A stretch of DNA of 62,981 nucleotides, counting the filler, from an uncultured Methanosarcinales archaeon (GTDB lineage: Archaea > Nanobdellota > Nanobdellia > Woesearchaeales > CAYNLP01), in NCBI GenBank assembly GCA_964398115.1. It is 4 parts of 4 records of this genome, joined end to end, with 100 filler letters (N's around TTAATTAATTAA, not from the genome) between each part and the next. Parts side by side here need not be neighbours in the genome. Positions count along the whole stretch, not along the records: positions 16,027 to 31,841 come from CAYNLP010000022.1; 3 more parts are not named here. One strand, given 5' to 3'. How positions within the stretch are numbered: position 1 is the stretch's first letter; every line of letters starts with the position of its first letter. The notes below the pieces were generated by a model, which did no database searches, had not been told where the DNA came from, and saw only the letters and a list, made by a program, of their open reading frames with translations. Below are positions 19,001-27,597 of this stretch, piece after piece. The translations under genes and the position numbers were made by a program.

Positions 19001-20398
19001 GGAACGTCAGACTCTAAAGGAACTTTCGTAGACGACGTAAGAGCAACTTGTGTCCAAGAAAAAGAAGAGGAAGAAAAAGAAAATGTCACTCTAGCAGCAG
19101 GATGCACCGCATCTGACTACGGAGGCCAAGTATCACCAGGTCAAGTCAACGGTTCACTCGCAACCAATCAATCATGCAGTCTGATGAAGAATGTTACAAC
19201 GGGCGAGACTGCAACTGCAGATCCGGAAGTGTACTTCATGGTAGACTCCACCGGAAGCATGAGTGGAGCGATAAGCAACGTCCAAGCTAACATCGAATCA
19301 ATACTCAACTCATCCGTAGATGCTGACTTCGGAGCCGGAGACTACAAGGACTTCCCGGACGATGAATATGCATTTGAAAACAAACAATCCATAACCAGCA
19401 ACAAGTCCTTGGTGGAAGATGCCATCAATTCCATGTCTGCATCTGGAGGATCTGATGGCGCAGAAGGTCAGCTCTTCGCTCTCGACCAAATTGCGAATAG
19501 CGCAGCCGGATTCAGCTCTGACGCAACCAAGATAGTGGTGTGGTTCGGCGACGCACCGGGTCACGACCCGATATGCAGCGATATCAGCGGAGAGCCCGAT
19601 AACATCACAGAATCCAGCGCGATCAACGAATTAGTGGATGCGGGCATAACAGTCATAGCTATCAGCACCACCAGCGGATTCGACGACGCCTTAGATGACG
19701 ACCCAACCAGCAGTGCCTACGATTATTCCGGAACTTGCGTGATTGACGGGTCAAGCGGACAGGCAACCCGCATCGCAAACGCAACCGATGGAGTGCACCT
19801 GACAGAAGTAGGCGCATCCGACATAACTAACGCGATCATCAATTCCGTCGGCAACGCGACGTCAACCACTGACGTTGTGCCTGATGCCTCGGAGTGTGAA
19901 GCTCGCGGCTTAGCCGTAGACTTCTCACCTGATAAGTACGAAGATGTCGGAGCTCTCACAACGGTCAAGTTCAACGAAACCATAACGAGGACTGCCGCAG
20001 CTGGAAACGACACAGTAACCTGTGACATCCACTTCAGATCAGGAGAAGGAGGGGGAATCATAGGAACTCAAACCGTGAATCTCACCTGGGGAGCAGGAAA
20101 CGAAAGTACCGAAGACACTGATGAAAACGGTTCAGAAGATCCAGAAACTGCTGTCTTGGGTGGATTGAGCATTCCACACACAAGCAGCGGTAGAGACATG
20201 GGCACCTTCGGAACAGAAAGTAATGTTGAATTACTTTCAAACGGTCAAGGTGACAACTTACAAAGAGATAATTTGAGAGGTAGCGGAAGTTGCACCAGTT
20301 TTGTAGTAAAGAACAAATGGCCAAACGGCGGAGTTAGTAAAGAAGTAGTTCCGCAATTCTGTGGCTTCATAGGAAACGCTACAAAAGCTACAGAATAA
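16067..20398 (+). CDS. Giant multidomain surface/adhesin protein (beta-propeller, SdrD-B-like, jelly-roll/DUF642-like, vWA); 5' end probably lost at the contig break
   Basis: Propeller repeats (FGPDGTLYA, LYTINLSTGAAT), KGVKWSDEDRDG, SLGFGGNITVEF, NGNFETP..., vWA MIDAS DSTGSMS; acidic and Cys-paired; no signal peptide visible. Confidence 0.85.
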   Translation: MTKKNPHRTLVVVNRKEKADLSCEQGAWHLDMEGSPENLYLVNPSTGEGTLKQTYEDGLGSVASFNDGNKLYGLEWDGTNTGNLTVLNTDGTRTDVGPTGLSGNTVAMEFGPDGTLYAANQDSDKLYTINLSTGAATPIHTFSSLDINGGDLTVTSDNTLVYVRNNGEVWTVDLDGGFTETHVGTLSGTSSITSTALHNGQHYAMARDGDEFYKFDINPFNSSLVDDEIGPFSYGDGTACPAPEKDTIKGVKWSDEDRDGERDEEESGVPGWKILIHPTDEEPVETLEVDSGDTEGEVSQVLENGTKYLIEVSGTYKNAINRDESEKADAEHSTLDNWDTHRDTVPDRDVKMLDLVMDNQNVDWGTFNDEHLYKTIVEGDGEQHTFRVWDQPSEGDLRPGWYDDNEGTLTVNIYEITSDEVVVTDEEGHYSKEVEPREYQIVEMQREGWIQTGHPSRQPDYCHINTTETETEGVEVCNFGNYKNFTEPKGDVLITKYICENGTEVTREENGPDVEGNHEAPEKCRVDAGHEFAYTYQSEKEEGDQSGPYPRTPKTQIAGATNGTGQLLVENLSTVGRYNFMETEDEELRDDEKVLGFYCFGDEGKSTDNLDFTFVDEEVTRHCVVYNKKDACTAEEVTVQEADYPADSVAEENQGLQKDGDSVPSVRSDSEDALAFNDTRFNFFSLGFGGNITVEFDNPAQNEIGPDVRITEDTYGSGGYPNETAAVYASEDGSSWLFLGTADNFDAATSSNDHSVNEFDLKGLDYAKYIRIVDTSNESDFGEGSGSRGLDADGFDINGVEALHDFTDCRACEAEKNLVANGNFETPEVTHEKNWDIYADGTSGLEWNVEWVSPESGAPEDANVELHKGVLGAAAEGDQYTELDSDYEGPGSSGGESASTIITQEIETIPGEVYTIEFSFSPRPDTSVTNNFVGVNIDGNQKANFSADGSSNTGTDWENHTITFVADSPTTTIEFEDLGTSDSKGTFVDDVRATCVQEKEEEEKENVTLAAGCTASDYGGQVSPGQVNGSLATNQSCSLMKNVTTGETATADPEVYFMVDSTGSMSGAISNVQANIESILNSSVDADFGAGDYKDFPDDEYAFENKQSITSNKSLVEDAINSMSASGGSDGAEGQLFALDQIANSAAGFSSDATKIVVWFGDAPGHDPICSDISGEPDNITESSAINELVDAGITVIAISTTSGFDDALDDDPTSSAYDYSGTCVIDGSSGQATRIANATDGVHLTEVGASDITNAIINSVGNATSTTDVVPDASECEARGLAVDFSPDKYEDVGALTTVKFNETITRTAAAGNDTVTCDIHFRSGEGGGIIGTQTVNLTWGAGNESTEDTDENGSEDPETAVLGGLSIPHTSSGRDMGTFGTESNVELLSNGQGDNLQRDNLRGSGSCTSFVVKNKWPNGGVSKEVVPQFCGFIGNATKATE

Positions 20399-20401
20399 AA
20401 A

Positions 20402-21655
20402 TTATATTTTTTCCTTTAATCTTTTCTTTACATCTTCTAAACTCAGCATTTCTTCATCGCCACTATCCATATCCTTCAAAGTGTATTTCTCTTGCTCTAC
20501 TTCATCCTCTCCAATTATCAAACAATAATGGATGTCGTACCAGTCTGCATAGCTCAAGTTTTTACTGACGCCACGACCTACGACGTCGATATCTGTCTTG
20601 ATATTTTCACTTCTTAACTCGTCAGCTATCTTGTCAGCTTGTTCCCTTACACCTATTGGTATTATCAGAACGTCTGCGGTGCTTCTAACTTCAACTTTGT
20701 CTGCTAACAAAGTACAAATTGGTTCAACACCAAAACTTATTCCCACGGCGGGATAGTCTCCTCTTTCCACGAGTTGTCCTATCATTTCATCATAACGACC
20801 ACCTGCGGCGAGGCTGCTGTCAAACTCCTCAGTAAATACTTCGAAAATAGTTCCTGTATAGTAGGCGAGGCCTCGAGCGAGGCTGGGATCGAATTCTAGT
20901 CGGTCATCATCTACAAGTTCAAATAATTGTTTCAATTCTTCCGCGCCTTCACTTTGGAATTCAGTTTCTAAAAGTATGAGTTCTTCACTTTGCAAGTCTT
21001 CAACCAAGTCTAACAAGTCGTATGCTTTGTCCTGGTCTATACCTCGTTCTTTCATCTCTTCTACGACGCCTTCTCCACCAATTTTCAACAACTTATCCAA
21101 GCTCAAGATGGCGTCTTCCGCTTTCACCTCTCTAATGCCAACCTGTTCTATCATGTCATTCAGTAATTTGCGATTGTTTACTCGTATCTTGACAGGAATT
21201 CCAATTTTGTCAAATGCGTCTAGAGTTAGTTTGATTAGTTCTGCTTCTGCAAACATACTCTCGCTTCCGATAATGTCAACATCTGCTTGGTAGAACTGTC
21301 TACGCCTACCTTTCTTCACCGGGCCATCTCTAAAAACAGGACCGATTTGATATCTTTTGAAAGGCATTTTCAACGTCGGGTTCATACCAATATATCTTGC
21401 CAACGGGACGGTAAGGTCGTATCTAAGTCCGAGTTCTCTCCCTCCCTGATCAGTTAACTTATACGTTTCTTTCAAAATTTCATCTCCACCAGCGTATTTA
21501 CTAGAAAGAACACCCCACTTCTCCATCACAGGCGTTTCTAACGGGTTAAAACCATAATTTTCGAAAATGTTTTGTAACGTGTTAACTACGCTATTCCTAA
21601 GAATCTTCTCCCGAGGTTCATAGTCTTCCATTCCTTTCGCTGTTTCTAATCTCAC
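20402..21655 (-). CDS. hisS: Histidyl-tRNA synthetase
   Basis: LRYDLTVPLARY, FRDGPVKKGRRRQFYQ, ARGLAYYTG, GGRYD motifs. Confidence 0.97.
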   Translation of the reverse strand: MRLETAKGMEDYEPREKILRNSVVNTLQNIFENYGFNPLETPVMEKWGVLSSKYAGGDEILKETYKLTDQGGRELGLRYDLTVPLARYIGMNPTLKMPFKRYQIGPVFRDGPVKKGRRRQFYQADVDIIGSESMFAEAELIKLTLDAFDKIGIPVKIRVNNRKLLNDMIEQVGIREVKAEDAILSLDKLLKIGGEGVVEEMKERGIDQDKAYDLLDLVEDLQSEELILLETEFQSEGAEELKQLFELVDDDRLEFDPSLARGLAYYTGTIFEVFTEEFDSSLAAGGRYDEMIGQLVERGDYPAVGISFGVEPICTLLADKVEVRSTADVLIIPIGVREQADKIADELRSENIKTDIDVVGRGVSKNLSYADWYDIHYCLIIGEDEVEQEKYTLKDMDSGDEEMLSLEDVKKRLKEKI

Positions 21656-21692
21656 AATACCCCTCTAAATGTTTGAGTATTTAAGTTTTGAG

Positions 21693-21764
21693 GGCGGCTG
21701 GCGGGAATTGAACCCGCTTCTGGAGCTCCACAGGCTCCTGTGTTACCATTGCACCACAGCCACC
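21693..21764 (-). tRNA. tRNA-His (GTG) with genomically encoded G-1
   Basis: G-GTGGCTG...CAGCCGC-C; anticodon arm GGAGC-CTGTGGA-GCTCC. Confidence 0.95.
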
Positions 21765-21956
21765 ATATAGAAATTGTAGAGAATTGACTAGCAAAACCTC
21801 GGGTGTTAATGAAAACAACCAACTCTAGTCATAACATTATCAAGAGAACATATTTCGTTTTTAAATGTTTTCCTAACAAAAAAGAGAAATTGTAAAAACT
21901 TTACGAAATTTTTAGGGAAAAACTATTAAGTCTCAATAGATTAAAAAATAGATAGA

Positions 21957-22142
21957 ATGAAGAAAACACAAAAGTTTAAAAACAAACCATCAGGAAAACC
22001 CTACGATAGTTATAGGAATGCAGTAGAGAATCGAAAAAGCGATGAAATAACAGTTTACGACGAAAGAGAAGAAAAATTCTATAATATAAAGAAATCCAAT
22101 TTCCGAAAAAGAAGGAACAAGTGGGCACATGCCAGAGCATAA
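21957..22142 (+). CDS. Small basic hypothetical protein
   Basis: 61-aa K/R-rich ORF overlapping the next ORF. Confidence 0.35.
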   Translation: MKKTQKFKNKPSGKPYDSYRNAVENRKSDEITVYDEREEKFYNIKKSNFRKRRNKWAHARA

Positions 22143-22623
22143 CTCAGAGTCAGCGTTACAATACCTTATTGAACACTATTCCTACATTTCTAACGTGGCT
22201 GAATTAGTAAGAGATTATCCCTCATTCGACAAAAAATATAGAAATTTGTTAACCAAGTCAAACCTAACAATGAAGGAATGTGACAATTTCTTAACAGAAT
22301 TTTTCCAACAAGTGCTTATAGACTACTGTATTTCAATTATACAAGAAATAAAAGACTTAGAAGGCACCCAATTTGCTTATTCATCTCATAGACAGAAAAT
22401 CCAAGATTACCTCGCTATACTGAGAAACGAAAAATTAACCTTGACAGAACTATATCACGCCGATGAACTGATCAAGAGAGAAGACGAAAAACTTTACGAA
22501 AAATCGCAAATAGAAAACTATAACCGAAGAAAATTCTGGATATCTTTCATTTCAAGCCTAGCATTAAGCTTCTTACTAGGAATCGCAAGCGGATACCTCC
22601 TATGGCTTCTAGGATATTCCTAA
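22129..22623 (+). CDS. Hypothetical protein with a C-terminal TM helix
   Basis: Helical body, C-terminal hydrophobic anchor. Confidence 0.55.
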   Translation: MPEHNSESALQYLIEHYSYISNVAELVRDYPSFDKKYRNLLTKSNLTMKECDNFLTEFFQQVLIDYCISIIQEIKDLEGTQFAYSSHRQKIQDYLAILRNEKLTLTELYHADELIKREDEKLYEKSQIENYNRRKFWISFISSLALSFLLGIASGYLLWLLGYS

Positions 22624-22663
22624 ACCTGAACTTATAAAAAATTTTCTCACTTTTCTCTAAAAT

Positions 22664-23464
22664 ATGGAGAACAAAGTATTATGGGTGTTAGTAACCGCGT
22701 TAATCCTCGTAGCTGGATACAACGCCTACAACATAGAACAAAACAGCCAACAAGTAAATGAGTTAAGGAAAAGCGTTGCAGAAGTAAGCGGACAACTCGG
22801 AACTGTCTCCTCCACCCTACAAAAAGATGTAGACACTAACGTTTCTCCCAGCACGACACGTTCCATGCCTATAGTAGCGGTGAGCAGAGAAGGCGAAGGC
22901 ATAGTGGGCAATGTCACTATCAAGTTAATCCCAGGCAACAATAACGTTTTGATAAACACCAACCCGTTCTTACGAGCCGATCTGCAATACAGCATGAACA
23001 AAGCCGTAGCGGTAGCAAAACAACACTCCCAGTCTGGTTTTGATAAAGACTACATTTTCAACTTCCAAGCAGGCCAAGCTCAACTCGTCGGAGGAGGAAG
23101 CGCTGGCGCCGCAGCCACTATAGGCGTCATAGCAGCATTACAAGACAAAAAATTAAACAAGAATGTAGCCATAACCGGAACAATAAACTCAGACGGGACT
23201 ATAGGAAGAGTCGGCGGGATTTTAGAAAAAGCAAGAGCCGCAGCCAACGCCGGCTACAACACTTTCTTAGTGCCAGAAGGACAAGCCCAAGTCACATATT
23301 ACGAGAGAGTGGTAGAAGAAAGACCTTCACGCTTCGGCTTCACAATTAGAGACACGACGTATCGTCCCAGAACTATTGACTTACGAGAAGAAGGCGAAGA
23401 ATGGAACCTCACTGTAGAAGAAGTTTCAAACATTGAACAAGCACTACCCCACTTCTTTAATTAA
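22664..23464 (+). CDS. Membrane-anchored Lon-type (S16) serine protease domain without ATPase
   Basis: N-terminal TM and coiled coil; VGGGSAG (Ser), TGTINSDGTIGRVGGILEKA (Lys) dyad. Confidence 0.88.
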   Translation: MENKVLWVLVTALILVAGYNAYNIEQNSQQVNELRKSVAEVSGQLGTVSSTLQKDVDTNVSPSTTRSMPIVAVSREGEGIVGNVTIKLIPGNNNVLINTNPFLRADLQYSMNKAVAVAKQHSQSGFDKDYIFNFQAGQAQLVGGGSAGAAATIGVIAALQDKKLNKNVAITGTINSDGTIGRVGGILEKARAAANAGYNTFLVPEGQAQVTYYERVVEERPSRFGFTIRDTTYRPRTIDLREEGEEWNLTVEEVSNIEQALPHFFN

Positions 23465-23536
23465 CCATTTACAAGTAGTCAGAAACCAAAATCTTTATAT
23501 ATTTACAAAATTTCCACAACAAACGGTGACACCTGG

Positions 23537-24346
23537 TTGACCGATAACAACGGCCGACACTTCGGACTACAAATCCTCAAAAAAGGGGAAGGAAGAGAAT
23601 ACTTCGGTCAAAACACAGAAGAAGCTCTGGAACAACTAATAAAATCCGGCAAAGAACCTCTCGACTCCATACAAATCACAGACATGAGAAGGTTCGGAAA
23701 ATCAAGTTTCTGGAAAAGATATCAAGATGCAAACACACTAGTAGTTACAGGAAACGCTAATTCTAGAGGATCACCACAATACAAAACCGTAATAATCCAC
23801 GGACAAAACCCATTAACAAATCCAGAAAGATTAAGAGAAGCATGGAGAGACGGTTTAAGAAAAGGTGGTGCAGCCATTATCAACCCTGATGAGTTTGAAC
23901 AATTACTCAACCGAGAAGGGATGAAAAGACACGATGAGCAAGTAGTTTACGTGAGAGACACAGAAGAACTCTACAATCATAAGCCAAATAAGAAAATGAG
24001 TGTAGCACAAGCAATGGAAAACGCTTGGATCACACCTCTACTAGGAGAAAAAAGAGGAAGACATTACCTTGAAGTTTACAAGAAAAAAAGAGACAACCAG
24101 ATAAGCATACAATACAATGATGATCGGAACAAAGACTTCCCACTCGGAAGACTTGTAAGACACTCAACCGTAGGACTAGAAATCAATACCAGCTTAGACA
24201 CAGGAAGAAGATTCATAGGAGTAAATCCAGGATTGATAAAAAGTGAAGAACCAGATCGCGAAGAATTAATATCAGACTTGAAAAACGTCGTACCCAACGC
24301 ACTACACACCCAGTTAGAAGAAATAATCAGCTCATACCTAAACTGA
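23537..24346 (+). CDS. Hypothetical protein
   Basis: 269-aa ORF with SD GGTGA and typical codon usage; no recognised motif. Confidence 0.6.
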   Translation: MTDNNGRHFGLQILKKGEGREYFGQNTEEALEQLIKSGKEPLDSIQITDMRRFGKSSFWKRYQDANTLVVTGNANSRGSPQYKTVIIHGQNPLTNPERLREAWRDGLRKGGAAIINPDEFEQLLNREGMKRHDEQVVYVRDTEELYNHKPNKKMSVAQAMENAWITPLLGEKRGRHYLEVYKKKRDNQISIQYNDDRNKDFPLGRLVRHSTVGLEINTSLDTGRRFIGVNPGLIKSEEPDREELISDLKNVVPNALHTQLEEIISSYLN

Positions 24347-24381
24347 CAAAAATTTTTAAACTCACTCTACCTACCCATAAC

Positions 24382-25800
24382 TTGATGTCACACAACTACC
24401 AAGAACTAGGATTCAAATCAGGCCTAGAAATCCATCAACAACTACAAGGAACCAAACTATTCTGCAATTGCCCCACCGAGATTAGAAAAGACGACGCCAA
24501 CTTCAAAGTCATGCGCAGACTAAGAGCAAGCAAAGGAGAAACGGGACAAGCAGACCAAGCCGCAGTTTACGAAATGGAAAAAGCAAAAGAATACATCTAC
24601 CAAGGCTATGAAGACAGCACGTGCCTAGTAGAAATAGACGAAGAACCACCCAACCCAATAAACAAAGAAAGCTTGAAAACAGCGTTGCAAGTCGCGAAAA
24701 TGTTAAACATGAACGTAGTCGATCAAATACAAGTCATGAGAAAAATCGTAGTAGACGGCAGCAACCCAAGCGGTTTTCAAAGAACCGCGTTGATAGGAAG
24801 AAACGGCCACATAGAAGTAAATGGCGAAAAGATCAAGATAGAAAGCTTGTGCTTGGAAGAAGAAGCATGTCAAGTTATTGAAAGAACGGAAGACAAAGAC
24901 GTTTACAACCTAAGCCGTCAAGGAATACCACTCTTAGAAATAGCTACCGCGCCAGACATTGAAACAGCAGAACAAGCTAAAAAAGTAGCTGGCAAGATCG
25001 GCATGATACTTCGAAGTACAGGAGAAGTGAAAAGAGGACTTGGCAGTATAAGGCAAGACGTCAATTTAAGCATTGAAGGCGCCGGCCGAATTGAAGTGAA
25101 AGGATTCCAAGACCTGAAAAGCATTCCGAAAGTTATAGATAACGAGATTGAAAGACAACTAGAACTAATGGAAGATGGTGAAGAAATCGAACCTCACGTG
25201 AGGAGAGCAGAAGACGACTATAGCACAAAGTATTTAAGGCCGATGCCCGGCGCAGACAGGATGTATCCTGAAACAGACATACCCAAGATAGAAACACCAA
25301 GCCTGGAAGAGGTTAAAACTCCAAAACTACTTTCAGAAAAAGCAAGTGAATACGAAGAAAAGTATGACTTGCCTGAAGGTTATGGAAAGCAATTAGTAGA
25401 TGAACAAGTAAGCTTTAGAAAATACGCTGACAAGTACAAAGGTGTAGACAACACTTTCTTGGCAGAATTCTTTATCAAAATCCCGAAAGATTTGAAGAGT
25501 CGAGAAAGTGTGGAAGTCGACCCAAGAAAACATTTGGACGTTCTTGAAAAATTAGACGAAGGCATGATTCCGAAAAGCGCCATTCCCGAAATACTCTTGA
25601 AAAAATCACAAGGTGAAAGAGTTGATTACTCCGATTATGAAAAAATTAGTGAAGATGAGATTAGAGAAGCGGTGAAAGAAGCGATTGAGGATGATCCGGA
25701 CGCTCCCATGGGTGCCTTGATGGGTCAACTCATGTCAAAGTTTAAAGGACAAGTTGAAGGAAATCGAGTTAAACAAGTATTGCAGGAAGAGTTAGAATAA
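24382..25800 (+). CDS. gatE: Glu-tRNA(Gln) amidotransferase subunit E, short form without the GAD insertion
   Basis: GLEIHQQL, KLFCNCP, DEEPP, MRKIVVDGSNPSGFQRT, RGLGSIRQDVN, RPMPGADRMYPETD. Confidence 0.93.
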   Translation: MMSHNYQELGFKSGLEIHQQLQGTKLFCNCPTEIRKDDANFKVMRRLRASKGETGQADQAAVYEMEKAKEYIYQGYEDSTCLVEIDEEPPNPINKESLKTALQVAKMLNMNVVDQIQVMRKIVVDGSNPSGFQRTALIGRNGHIEVNGEKIKIESLCLEEEACQVIERTEDKDVYNLSRQGIPLLEIATAPDIETAEQAKKVAGKIGMILRSTGEVKRGLGSIRQDVNLSIEGAGRIEVKGFQDLKSIPKVIDNEIERQLELMEDGEEIEPHVRRAEDDYSTKYLRPMPGADRMYPETDIPKIETPSLEEVKTPKLLSEKASEYEEKYDLPEGYGKQLVDEQVSFRKYADKYKGVDNTFLAEFFIKIPKDLKSRESVEVDPRKHLDVLEKLDEGMIPKSAIPEILLKKSQGERVDYSDYEKISEDEIREAVKEAIEDDPDAPMGALMGQLMSKFKGQVEGNRVKQVLQEELE

Positions 25801-26838
25801 ACCATTCTCTCTGATTTTATCCCAAAAATTCTTTCCTTTACTCGCATATTTTTCAAACACCTGCCTTACTTCAAATCCGTAATAACCTAAACTGGTTAAT
25901 CCCCAAGCGCTTAATAAGAGTCCTCGAACTCTGGTGAGGAGCGCAACCATAACCCCTCCTTTTGTGTCTTTGTTGAACAGTGCAAAAACTGTGATTTGAC
26001 TCACTTCTAAAGTTCCAAGGCCAAGAGGGACAGGTATTAAGTAAACGGCGCCGACAAACTGGCTTATCAGGAAGAGCTGCGCCCAGTTAAAGTCAAATCC
26101 AAGCATTAAAGTTAAGTACTTGAATTCTATCAAACTCATAATCCACGTCGGCATAGCAGTTAAAAAACTAAGAATAAACGCTTTCTTACTCTTACTGTAG
26201 AAGTCGTGCAAGTGGTTTTCAAACTTTACAATTCCTTTCTCCAACTTTCCTAAACTTTGAAACTGGTGAAGGCGTAACTTTCGGAACAAGTATTGAAAAA
26301 CGCTTTTGTCCTTACTCATCCCATAGAAAAACGTTCCGATAAATCCTATGAACACTATAGAAATCGTCCAAAAAACTATCTCCCAAAATTGAGGAACGTC
26401 AACAAAAGGCGTGATAACTATCATTCCTACCATTAAAAACATCGCGTTGCTAAAAATCTCCATCGTCTTATCAATCACAGTACTTGAAAGACCTTTGCTG
26501 TAGTCAATGTCGTGTTTTTCCATCAAACCACTGCGCGTAAATTCACCCCCTACTTTCGGCCCGGGTGTTAAGAAACTTATAGTGTAATCCACAATGCGAT
26601 AGTTCAATAAGGTAAGATAAGGGAGGTTTTCACCCTGACTTTTCAATATTATGTTCCAAACTTGTGTGAATGCCATTTGTCTGCCAACGCTAACCGCCAG
26701 ATAGATGAGAACATAGTGAAGCTTGACATTGTCTAACAAGCTTATTGTTTCACCAAGAGGAATGTCTCCCAAGACGTAGGCGAATAACCCTACACCAAGT
26801 ACGAGAGAAACTACTATTATCCACGTGTCTCTATCCAT
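25792..26838 (-). CDS. Lysylphosphatidylglycerol-synthase TM domain / flippase-like membrane protein (UPF0104)
   Basis: Multi-TM; TPGPKVGGE and PVPLGLGTLE motifs. Confidence 0.85.
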   Translation of the reverse strand: MDRDTWIIVVSLVLGVGLFAYVLGDIPLGETISLLDNVKLHYVLIYLAVSVGRQMAFTQVWNIILKSQGENLPYLTLLNYRIVDYTISFLTPGPKVGGEFTRSGLMEKHDIDYSKGLSSTVIDKTMEIFSNAMFLMVGMIVITPFVDVPQFWEIVFWTISIVFIGFIGTFFYGMSKDKSVFQYLFRKLRLHQFQSLGKLEKGIVKFENHLHDFYSKSKKAFILSFLTAMPTWIMSLIEFKYLTLMLGFDFNWAQLFLISQFVGAVYLIPVPLGLGTLEVSQITVFALFNKDTKGGVMVALLTRVRGLLLSAWGLTSLGYYGFEVRQVFEKYASKGKNFWDKIRENGLF

Positions 26839-26951
26839 AGATTTCGTTACAAAATGTTTTGATTTAAAGAATTTATCATCTAATCCTTTTCAGTAATGAA
26901 CAAGAAAATGATAGGTTATAAAGTGAAATGGAATAAACTCTGTAAAGAAAT

Positions 26952-27434
26952 TTATTTTATCAAGGAAACTTCTGCTTCAACACTATTACTATCTAACGGG
27001 TTACCTTGGCTATCGCTAACAATCGCCGCGGTGATTTCAGGACTCGCTTCTCCACTACCCGTTTTAGAAAAGTAAGCCGTAGCGATAGTTCCACTACCAC
27101 TGACTCCACTATCTGAAACTCTAACAACGATTATGTCTTCAATAACTCCCGGCGTGTCAGGATTTTCATTCACACGGAAGAAAGTCTCAGCACCGTCTTG
27201 TTTCAAGAATGAACCTTCTTCAACCCTTTGATAATCCAGCAGTTGATCGTCATATTTCAAAGTGATTTGAGCTCCCGCTACATCATCTACATTATTAGCT
27301 TTCAAATCAACCTTAACTGTTTGACCAGAAACGTTATCACCACTGCCTTGCATTAAGAACAAACCAATAACGCCCACTATAACTATAGCGATAGCGACAA
27401 ATTGCAACTTGTTACCAGCCTTTGACTCTGCCAT
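26952..27434 (-). CDS. Membrane-anchored cohesin-domain protein
   Basis: N-terminal TM then GQTVKVDL.ANNVDDVAGAQITLKYD..LL.Y..VEEGSFL...SGSGTIATAYF, a cohesin consensus. Confidence 0.85.
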   Translation of the reverse strand: MAESKAGNKLQFVAIAIVIVGVIGLFLMQGSGDNVSGQTVKVDLKANNVDDVAGAQITLKYDDQLLDYQRVEEGSFLKQDGAETFFRVNENPDTPGVIEDIIVVRVSDSGVSGSGTIATAYFSKTGSGEASPEITAAIVSDSQGNPLDSNSVEAEVSLIK

Positions 27435-27597
27435 ACCCCTCTTTACAAAAGTCTTAGTATTAAAAACTTACGATTCTTCTTTAATATTCCTCAACTAAAG
27501 ACTAACTTAATTAGCACGAAAAACTATCCTAACTGTCAACACAACTTTTCCTAATCTATAAAAACTCTTTTTCAACCTTTATACCATAAAAATTTCT

